Origin: Acidimicrobiia bacterium
GTDB lineage: Bacteria > Actinomycetota > Acidimicrobiia > Spongiisociales > UBA5794
Direction: 5' to 3'
Assembly: GCA_029287195.1 (NCBI GenBank)
Contig: JARFRN010000039.1
Coordinates: forward strand, 1,927 to 65,926
Length of the DNA: 64,000 nt
Part shown: positions 18,239 through 27,344 of the stretch, in pieces
Position numbering within the stretch: position 1 is the stretch's first letter
Layout of the letters: each line of letters begins with the position of its first letter
Notes under the pieces: model-generated
Told to the model about the DNA's origin: nothing
The model's database searches: none
The model's input: the letters and a program-made list of their open reading frames with translations, nothing else
Program-made: the position numbers and the translations under genes

Positions 18239-18841
18239 ATGGGCGGTGTTGGCGGAATGATCCTGGCTGCGGGACTGTCGGAGCGGATGAGTGGCCCGGT
18301 GCCAAAGCAGTTGTTGCCGGTTGGTACCGGGACGTTGGCCGCGTTGACCGTCCGCCACGCCGAGGACTCGAGGCTCGAGCCGGTAGTCGTAGTCACCGGC
18401 CACCGGGCATCAGCCGTCGCATCCAGCATTGCCGGCGGAAGGGCTCGCATCGTCGAGAATCTTCGCTACCGGCAGGGGAACATGACCTCGTTCCGGGTGG
18501 GCGCGTTCGCGCTGGCGGAGTGTGATGCCTGCATTGTGCTGTTGGCGGACATGCCCGGAGTAACCAGCGAGATGATCGATCGTCTCATCGACGAATGGGA
18601 GCGGCATCGACCCTGGGCGGCGGTTTGTTCCTATAGGGGGGCCCTGGCCCATCCGCTGCTCCTATCTGCAGAGGCCCTGTTGGAGGCCACCGGAGTTGAC
18701 GGAGCCAAAGGTGTGTGGCGCTTCCTCGAGTCGGCAGGCGATCGGGTAGTTCATGTCCCCTTCGACCGAGCCGTTCCGCTGGACGTCAATACTGCAGCCG
18801 ACTACGAACTCATTGTTGGGGAGTTTCCCGCGTCCGGCTAG
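18239..18841 (+). CDS. mocA: MocA/YgfJ-like molybdenum cofactor cytidylyltransferase
   Basis: The ORF track starts at 18134. Homology-like sequence begins at MGGVGGMILAAGLSERMSGPVPKQLLPVG (ATG 18239 or 18257), which is the LAAG.S.RMG..K.LL nucleotidyltransferase motif. Confidence 0.8.
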   Translation: MGGVGGMILAAGLSERMSGPVPKQLLPVGTGTLAALTVRHAEDSRLEPVVVVTGHRASAVASSIAGGRARIVENLRYRQGNMTSFRVGAFALAECDACIVLLADMPGVTSEMIDRLIDEWERHRPWAAVCSYRGALAHPLLLSAEALLEATGVDGAKGVWRFLESAGDRVVHVPFDRAVPLDVNTAADYELIVGEFPASG

Positions 18842-18844
18842 CAC

Positions 18845-20026
18845 CTAGTTCGCGAGCGGCCGCCGTGTCTCCCGGATGTGGAAGCCCCGAGCGCCCAACT
18901 CGGCGAGCAACTCGTCACCGCTGATCGCGTTCTCCACCTCGATGACCCCCGCACGACATGCTCCGCGGGCGAGGCGATGCATCATGATCGCGGCATGCCA
19001 ACCGGTTGCCGCCTGCATGGCGGTGAACGGCAAACCGGCGGGACGATGATTGACGACGTCCAGTGTGATCTCGGTACGGGTTCCCGCGATGTCGCCAACA
19101 CCCACCACCCGGTTGATCACTACATCGCGGTAGTCCTCACCCGCCCGGATGCGGGGCTCGATCAGTGCGTGGAAAACCGCCCGTGGGCTCACCTCGTGCC
19201 CACCCACCGAGATGGGGTCCTCTTCGAACAAACCTGCATCGCAAAACGCCTTGAACTGTGCTGCATGACCGGGATAGCGGAGGGTCTTGTTCTTCAAGGT
19301 GCGGATCTTCCCTGCGAGGGTCTTGGACAGGGTGGTCAGGCCGCCCGCCGTGGCAAACGCCTCGAGTGTTCCGAATCCCTCGAACTCAACTAATTCGTAT
19401 TCGGCGGGGTCGAACACCTCAACGGCGTGCGGTTTCCCGTCCACTATGTAGAGACCGTGCCCACTGTATTCGTTGGTGAGACCGTCCATGCTAAAGGCAA
19501 GCTCGTAGTGCCACGGCTCCTCGGGCTCCTCGGGGATTCCCCCGTCGTACAACGTCACCGAGTCGATCACATCGAAACCTCTCGTCACGTGGAGCACGAG
19601 ATTGGCTCCGGTCCCGGGAACTTGACCACAATCAGGAACAATGCTGATTCCGCGATCGCGCGCCTGCTGGTTGCGCTCCAGCTGCGCCCACACCACCTCT
19701 GCATTTCCACCTAGATCTACGAAGTGGGTACCGGCATCGATCGCAGCATCGGTGAGGGACTCGTTGAGACGCCAGCTGGCCGCGCCGAGAGCGACGTCAT
19801 AACCTTCCAGCAGAGCGGCGGCGGCGCGCCGGTCGGCCGCATCGACCGTTGTGATATCGATGACGGCGCCGTCCACCAGCGGAGTCAGGGTGGCAGCAGC
19901 ACCGGCGGCCTTGCCGTGGTCTCGATCTGCCAGCACGATGCGGGCTGCCTCGCCTCGCCGTAACAAGTCGTATGCGGCCGCCACCCCCTGGCGACCGGCT
20001 CCGATGACGCAGTAGGAGTAGGTCAA
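18845..20026 (-). CDS. saccharopine dehydrogenase-like NAD(P) oxidoreductase
   Basis: 393 aa. Rossmann YCVIGAGRQGVAAAYDL...IVLADRD, with a C-terminal Sacchrp_dh-like region (GGLT...RYPGH). Confidence 0.65.
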   Translation of the reverse strand: MTYSYCVIGAGRQGVAAAYDLLRRGEAARIVLADRDHGKAAGAAATLTPLVDGAVIDITTVDAADRRAAAALLEGYDVALGAASWRLNESLTDAAIDAGTHFVDLGGNAEVVWAQLERNQQARDRGISIVPDCGQVPGTGANLVLHVTRGFDVIDSVTLYDGGIPEEPEEPWHYELAFSMDGLTNEYSGHGLYIVDGKPHAVEVFDPAEYELVEFEGFGTLEAFATAGGLTTLSKTLAGKIRTLKNKTLRYPGHAAQFKAFCDAGLFEEDPISVGGHEVSPRAVFHALIEPRIRAGEDYRDVVINRVVGVGDIAGTRTEITLDVVNHRPAGLPFTAMQAATGWHAAIMMHRLARGACRAGVIEVENAISGDELLAELGARGFHIRETRRPLAN

Positions 20027-21159
20027 TCCGCAACCTCTTCATCCCGAGCTGCAAGCCAGGCCCGGATCGACTCCCCGTGCTCGTCGAGGAGCGGCGGCGG
20101 GAGGCCGGAACCGATCTTGGCGCCACCCAAGCGGATTGGGGACGACACGCCCCTCACCGTGGTTCCGGCGAAGTCGACGACCGGGCCGAGCCCTTGAGAG
20201 CTAGCCCAGGTGAAGGCCTCGTCGATGCGATTGATGGGCCCGGCCGGTACTCCGGCTCTCCGCAGGACATCGATCCAATACGCGGCGGGCCGGCTCGCGA
20301 ATGTGGCGGCAAGCTCGGTAGTGAGCGGCTCGATATTCTCGAGCCGTAGGGTATTGGTGGCGAACCGGTCATCTCCGGCAAGGTCGTCCCGACCGATGGC
20401 CCGGCACGCGCGTTGCCACATCCGGTCGTTGGCGGCAGCCAGGATGAACTCGCGGTCGGCAGCTCGAAAAGACTCATAGGGCGCAATCGATGGATGGCGA
20501 TTGCCGCGGGCAGATCCAACCTCGCTTGCATTGACGAAAGCCGAACCCTGGTTGAGCAGCGCGTTGAGCGCTGAGTCGAACAGCGAAACCTGCACCAACT
20601 GGCCCTTGCCCGTGCGATTGCGATCCTGCAGGGCCGCCAGCACGCCGATCGTTGCATACAGCCCCGCCGTCATATCGGTTATGGCTGCACCCACTTTGAT
20701 CGGCCGACCGCCGGACTCGCCCGTAACGCTCATCAGCCCGCTCATCGCTTGTATGAGGAGGTCGTAGCCGGCGAGATGGGCGGTGGGTCCATCGGGAGCA
20801 AAGCCGGAGATCGAGCAGTAGATCAAGGCAGGGTTGGCAACCCGGCATTGCTCGTATCCCAACTCGAGATCGTCCATTAGACCAGCCCGGAAGTTCTCCA
20901 CGAGGACATCGGCGCGTTCGATCAGGGTCTGCGCAAGGTCCCGATCATGTTGATCCTTGAGATCTAGTGTGACGCTGCGCTTGCCCCGGTTGAGGCCGAG
21001 GTGATATGTGGAGTCTCCCTCGTGCCACGGAGGTCCCCAAGAGCGGGTGTCGTCGCCGCCGTCGGGTCGCTCCACCTTGATTATGTCGGCACCCAAGTCG
21101 GCCAGGATCGTGGTGACCATGGGCGCCGCCAACACGCGTGAGAAGTCTGCGACGAGCAA
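20023..21159 (-). CDS. family III (CaiB/BaiF/Frc-type) CoA-transferase
   Basis: 378 aa from a TTG start. LVADFSRVLAAPMVTTILADLGADIIKVERP...ADVLVENFRAG is the family signature. In-frame upstream codons read AASPLSG, so the true start may lie a few codons upstream and overlap the preceding stop. Confidence 0.8.
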   Translation of the reverse strand: MLVADFSRVLAAPMVTTILADLGADIIKVERPDGGDDTRSWGPPWHEGDSTYHLGLNRGKRSVTLDLKDQHDRDLAQTLIERADVLVENFRAGLMDDLELGYEQCRVANPALIYCSISGFAPDGPTAHLAGYDLLIQAMSGLMSVTGESGGRPIKVGAAITDMTAGLYATIGVLAALQDRNRTGKGQLVQVSLFDSALNALLNQGSAFVNASEVGSARGNRHPSIAPYESFRAADREFILAAANDRMWQRACRAIGRDDLAGDDRFATNTLRLENIEPLTTELAATFASRPAAYWIDVLRRAGVPAGPINRIDEAFTWASSQGLGPVVDFAGTTVRGVSSPIRLGGAKIGSGLPPPLLDEHGESIRAWLAARDEEVAD

Positions 21160-21179
21160 TCCGGACAGCGGTGAGGCAG

Positions 21180-21554
21180 CTATGCGAGTAACTCGAGAGC
21201 TCGATCCAGCGTTTCGCTGGGATCGAGCAGCTCGACCAGTTCGGGGGCGTCCGGGATCAGCTTCCGCGCTTGCTCGTGAAGGTGACGAGGCACCTCGAGC
21301 AGCAGCGGGATGTCGTAGGTCTTGCAGATGTGGAAGATGTCGCCGGATTGCAGCTCATCGTCCTCCTGCGCCATGATCTTGTGCAGGTAGCCGACCAGGA
21401 GATCGTGGCGTGTCCGGCTGTTCAGCTGAGCTACAGACTGGCCGTGATGATCCAATCCGTTGGAGATTGGGATTGTGTCATACCCGTTCATGATGATGTG
21501 AGTCAGCAGCTTGGAATCCGTGCCTTCGAAGTAGCCGACTGATTTCCTCGTCAT
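21180..21554 (-). CDS. conserved hypothetical 124-aa protein, tandem paralog 1
   Basis: MTRKSVGYFEGTDSKLLT...IFHICKTYDIPLLLEVP...LDRALELLA. About 60% identical, by eye, to the neighbour at 21563..21937. SD GAGG upstream. No family recognised. Confidence 0.7.
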   Translation of the reverse strand: MTRKSVGYFEGTDSKLLTHIIMNGYDTIPISNGLDHHGQSVAQLNSRTRHDLLVGYLHKIMAQEDDELQSGDIFHICKTYDIPLLLEVPRHLHEQARKLIPDAPELVELLDPSETLDRALELLA

Positions 21555-21562
21555 CTGAGCCT

Positions 21563-21937
21563 CTAAGCCAGCAACTCGAGGGCGCGATCGAAGATCTCGC
21601 TGGGGTCGAGAAACTCAACCACCTCGGGCGAATCGGGCATCAGGCGGTGGGCTGCCTCTTTGAGATGCTCCGGCACCTCGAGCAGCAGCGGGATGCTGTA
21701 GGTCTTGCAGATGTGGAAGATCTCCTGATAAGGCAGGTCGTAGTCGACCGGAGCGTAGAGCTTGTGCGGGTAACCGATCAAGATGTCGTACTTCTCTTGT
21801 TGGTTGATGCGGCGCACGTTCTTGCCGTGATGGTCGACCCCGTTCGAGACAGGAAGCGTGTCGTAGCCCGCACAGATGAGGCTGGTCAACAGCAGCGAGT
21901 CTGTGCCCTCGAAGTATCCAACCGACTTTCTAGTCAT
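21563..21937 (-). CDS. conserved hypothetical 124-aa protein, tandem paralog 2
   Basis: MTRKSVGYFEGTDSLLLT...IFHICKTYSIPLLLEVP...FDRALELLA. Same length, same termini, and an 8-nt gap to paralog 1. Confidence 0.7.
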   Translation of the reverse strand: MTRKSVGYFEGTDSLLLTSLICAGYDTLPVSNGVDHHGKNVRRINQQEKYDILIGYPHKLYAPVDYDLPYQEIFHICKTYSIPLLLEVPEHLKEAAHRLMPDSPEVVEFLDPSEIFDRALELLA

Positions 21938-21991
21938 TCATGCCTCCACCGTGTCCGCATTATCGCGGACACAAACAGCCTCCGAATCCTC

Positions 21992-23332
21992 CTATACGAC
22001 GCCCTGGGCGAGCATCGCCTCGGCTACTTTGAGGAAACCGGCGATATTCGCACCGGCTACGTAGTTCCCGGGAGTGCCGTGTGCCTCTGCCGCCTGGTAG
22101 CAGCTCTTGTGGATGTCGACCATGATGTTGCGCAGTTTCTTATCGACCGTGTTGCGATCCCACACTGCGTGGCCGGCGTTCTGTGACATCTCCAGGCCTG
22201 ATGTGGCCACACCGCCCGCATTCGCAGCCTTGCCGGGGCCAAACAATGTCCCCTCATCCTGGAACAACCGAACGCCGTCCGGAACCGTCGGCATGTTGGC
22301 GCCCTCAGCGACCAGAATGACGTTGTTGGAGACGAGGCGCTTTGCGTCCTGCAGGCTCAGCTCGTTCTGCGTGGCACATGGGAATGCGCAATCCGCTTCC
22401 ACAGCCCAGGGGCGCTTACCTTCGAAGTAGTCGACTCCGAATCGCTCGGCGTAATCGCGTATCCGACCGCGCCTGACGTTCTTGAGGTCCTTGACCCAGG
22501 CGAGTTTCTCGTCGTCGATGCCGTCTTTGTCGTAGATGTAGCCTCCGGAGTCCGACAGAGTGACGGCCTTGCCGCCGATGCGGTTGATGTTCTCGACGGC
22601 ATACTGGGCGACGTTGCCCGAACCCGATACCAGGCAACTCTTCTTGTAGATGCTGTCGTCCTTGGCCTTGAGCATCTCTTCGGCGAAGTAGATGGTGCCG
22701 TATCCGGTCGCTTCGGGACGGATGAGGCTCCCGCCCCAGCCGTGACCCTTGCCGGTGAGGACACCCGAGAACTGATTGGCGAGTTTCTTGTACTGGCCGA
22801 ACAAGAATCCGATCTCGCGACTGCCTACTCCGATGTCACCAGCCGGCACGTCGGTGCGGTCTCCGATGTGGCGCCACAGTTCGTTCATGAAGGACTGGCA
22901 GAAGCGCATCACCTCGTTGTCCGACTTGCCCTTGGGGTCGAAGTCCGATCCTCCCTTGCCGCCGCCCAAAGGCAACGTCGTCAACGCGTTCTTGAAGATC
23001 TGCTCGAAGCCGAGGAACTTGAGAATGCCGAGGTTGACCGTTGGGTGGAAACGGAGCCCGCCTTTGTAGGGACCGATGGCGCTGTTCATTTCCACCCGGA
23101 ATCCGCGATTCACCTGGATCTTGCCCGCGTCGTCGACCCATGGCACCCGGAACATGATCACCCTCTCTGGTTCGACCATGCGTTCCATAACGCTGTTGTC
23201 GCGAATGTCGGGGTAGGCGTCGAGTATCGGCTGAATCGACTCGACGACCTCTTGCACCGCTTGGTGGAATTCGGGTTCACCGGGGCTGCGCTGGGCAACC
23301 TGTTCCATGAACGCCGAGACAGAATATGTCAC
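21992..23332 (-). CDS. gdhA: NADP-type hexameric glutamate dehydrogenase
   Basis: 446 aa. GPYKGGLRFHP, LPLGGGKGGSDFDPKG (catalytic Lys loop), GDIGVG, GSGNVAQY. GTG start with GGAGG 9 nt upstream. Confidence 0.95.
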   Translation of the reverse strand: MTYSVSAFMEQVAQRSPGEPEFHQAVQEVVESIQPILDAYPDIRDNSVMERMVEPERVIMFRVPWVDDAGKIQVNRGFRVEMNSAIGPYKGGLRFHPTVNLGILKFLGFEQIFKNALTTLPLGGGKGGSDFDPKGKSDNEVMRFCQSFMNELWRHIGDRTDVPAGDIGVGSREIGFLFGQYKKLANQFSGVLTGKGHGWGGSLIRPEATGYGTIYFAEEMLKAKDDSIYKKSCLVSGSGNVAQYAVENINRIGGKAVTLSDSGGYIYDKDGIDDEKLAWVKDLKNVRRGRIRDYAERFGVDYFEGKRPWAVEADCAFPCATQNELSLQDAKRLVSNNVILVAEGANMPTVPDGVRLFQDEGTLFGPGKAANAGGVATSGLEMSQNAGHAVWDRNTVDKKLRNIMVDIHKSCYQAAEAHGTPGNYVAGANIAGFLKVAEAMLAQGVV

Positions 23333-23420
23333 GCCTTACGCCTCCGTCGTGCGGGTTTCGAAAACGCATCTCTCTTCGCTATCGGCATACGCCGGCGGAC
23401 CATTCACTCGATTGTTATCC

Positions 23421-23444
23421 GGTTCCGGCAGACACGCCGGAACC
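23421..23444. promoter_or_regulatory. perfect inverted repeat GGTTCCGGC-N6-GCCGGAACC upstream of gdhA
   Basis: Read directly: ggttccggcagacacgccggaacc. It lies 90-110 nt upstream of the gdhA start, inside a 322-bp non-coding gap. No U-tract follows on either strand, so it is not a classical terminator. Confidence 0.35.
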
Positions 23445-23654
23445 CGTATGTGAAAGGCTCGGATTGAATCCCAGGAAAGAGAGCACTGGGTACCCATCCA
23501 GTACAGCCTATATGTCCGAAACCGTTTTGGTAGGGACCGTTGTGCCTTGTTGGGCAGGGTCCTTTGACAGATTGTTCACGGCCCGTTCCCTTCCGTTCCT
23601 GCCAAGCCGCCACAGCATTTCGGACTGACACCCGCAGGAATCGTCGTCGTGCGA

Positions 23655-24608
23655 CTATCGCTGTTCGCGGAAGTACGGCAGGCCCAAGGCCGCCGGAGCA
23701 CCCAGGAACCGCGCTCGTTTGCCGCTGGCCAGCACAAGCATGGCGATGATCGCCAGCACGAACGGCAGCATGGCGAGGAGGCTGGAGGGGATGTTGCTCC
23801 ACGGCTCCCCCAGCGTTTGCATCGTGAACCCGATCCGCGTGGCAGCGCCAAACAGGTAGGCCGCAAACAGTGCCCGCCAGGGTCTCCAACTCGCCAATAT
23901 CACCAGGGCAATGGCGATCCAGCCCGATGCTCCGATCGGTTCGTTTTGCCACGTCGGCACCAGGGCCAGCGAGAAGTAAGCACCGCCCGCCCCGGCCAGG
24001 GCTCCCCCCGCCATGATGTGGGCATAACGCACCCGCGCCACATTGACACCGGCGGACTCGGCACTTGCCGGGTCTTCCCCGACGGCGCGCAGCGACAGGC
24101 CCATTCGGGTGTGGAACAGGTAGTAGCTGGCGGCTGCCACGGTGAGCCAGGATACGTAGACCATCAGGTCGTGGCCGAAGATCAGTGGACCGATGACGGG
24201 AATGTCGGCAAGGCCGCCCTCGAGAATCGGTTCGAACGTCGCCTTCGAGGGGTTGCCCACGAGGGGGTCCTCCCCGGCTTCGCCGAGGAAACTGGATAAT
24301 CCGGTCCCGAAGATCGTCAGTGCCAGACCGGAGACTATCTGGCTGACGCGCAGTGACACGGAGGCGAAAGCATGGATGACCGAGAATGCGGCGCCGGCGA
24401 TCATGGCGACGATCACTCCCAGCAACAGGCTCTCGGTGTTGAAGGTTGCCCAGAAACCCGCCACAGCTCCGACCAGCATCATCCCCTGTACTCCCAGATT
24501 GAGGTTGCCGGCTCGCTCCGTGATGATCTCACCGACGGTTGCGAACACGAGTCCGGTGCCCAAGCCGATGGCAGCGACGAGGGTGAGGATGAGGGTTGAA
24601 TCATTCAT
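23655..24608 (-). CDS. ABC transporter permease (BMP/nucleoside-type, second permease)
   Basis: 317 aa, polytopic and Gly/Ala/Leu-rich. 4-nt overlap with the upstream permease. Confidence 0.8.
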   Translation of the reverse strand: MNDSTLILTLVAAIGLGTGLVFATVGEIITERAGNLNLGVQGMMLVGAVAGFWATFNTESLLLGVIVAMIAGAAFSVIHAFASVSLRVSQIVSGLALTIFGTGLSSFLGEAGEDPLVGNPSKATFEPILEGGLADIPVIGPLIFGHDLMVYVSWLTVAAASYYLFHTRMGLSLRAVGEDPASAESAGVNVARVRYAHIMAGGALAGAGGAYFSLALVPTWQNEPIGASGWIAIALVILASWRPWRALFAAYLFGAATRIGFTMQTLGEPWSNIPSSLLAMLPFVLAIIAMLVLASGKRARFLGAPAALGLPYFREQR

Positions 24609-25710
24609 GCTGCACTCACCTCCTCTAGAGCCTCGAGTCTCTTTTCGGGTCTCCGCACCCGGTTGCGGATGAAGAACTCACCGGCCACGGCGAAGATGAG
24701 AATGGCACCCTGCAGCATCGTGACCGTCGCCGCCGGCACCTGGATCGACTGCAGCGCCGGCCCGGCGTTGTTGAGGGCACCCATCAGAATGGCGACCGGA
24801 ATCACCGCCACCGGGTTGAGCCGGGCCAGGGCCGCCACGATGATTCCGGTGAAGCCAAGGCCGAGATCGAGCGATCTCGGGTCGAGGGCCCCTACCGGAC
24901 CGGCCACGTAGAGCGAGCCGGCGAGGCCGGCAAAGGCCCCGGACATCAGAAACACGCCGAGGATCTTCTGGGGAACTCCGATACCGGCGTAGCGGGCGGT
25001 GTTCGCGGAATCGCCGACGACGCGGACTTCGAAGCCCCAGCGAGTCTTGCTGATCAAGAACCAGGCGAGGATGGCGAGCAGGCAGGCGACGATGAAGCCG
25101 TAGTCGAGCCGATTGAAGAATTCGGGAATGCGGCCGCTGTCGGGTATCGGACGGCCGCTCGGAAACTGAGGCACCAGAGGATCACGCCACGGGCTGCTGC
25201 TGCCAAAGATCAGGTAGTTCATGAAGTTGAGGGCGATGAAGTTCAGCATCAGTGTCGTGATGATCTCGTTGGTGCCGAGGTATACCTTGGGAACCGCTGA
25301 GATCGATGCCCAGAAGGCGCCGCCGATCGCGCCGGCGATGATTACGAGCGGAAGAGCGACCGCTGCCGGGCTGCCATCACCCAGCCAGATCCCCATCCCG
25401 GCGGCAAAGATCGCTCCCATGAGGAATTGGCCCTCGGCCCCGATGTTCCACACCAGCATCTTGAACGCCACGGCGGCGGCAACCCCTGTAAGGATGAGCG
25501 GCGTTGCGGAGATGAGTGTCTCGCTGATGCCCCGGCTAGAGCCGAATGAGACGTCGAGCATCTTGACGTAGACCTCGCCGGGGCTGTTGCCGGTGAGCGC
25601 CAGGAAGATCGCGCCGACGATTACTGCCAGCAACACCGACAGCAGGGGAACGGCGAGGATGAGGCCGGTTGATGCCAGGCCGCGAGGTTCAACGATAAAG
25701 CGTCTCGTTG

Positions 25711-25714
<4 letters not shown>
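24605..25714 (-). CDS. ABC transporter permease (BMP/nucleoside-type, first permease)
   Basis: 369 aa, polytopic. 4-nt overlap with the ATPase gene. Confidence 0.8.
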
Positions 25715-27243
<1,529 letters not shown>

Positions 27244-27293
27244 GGCCGTAGCCTAGCCAGTCGGCTGTGCCGGGCCATCCCGTAGACGAGCAG

Positions 27294-27321
27294 AAGGGGC
27301 CCCGCAAACGCGGAGCCCCTT
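27294..27321 (-). terminator. stem-loop between the SBP and ATPase genes (possible attenuator or partial terminator)
   Basis: aaggggc-cccgcaaacgcgga-gcccctt. The outer stem is 7 bp and the inner CCGC/GCGG stem is 4 bp. On the minus strand it is followed by cugcucgucu, a weak U tract. It lies 24 nt downstream of the SBP stop. Confidence 0.4.
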
Positions 27322-27344
27322 GCGTTGATTCTGCGCTTCTCGGA

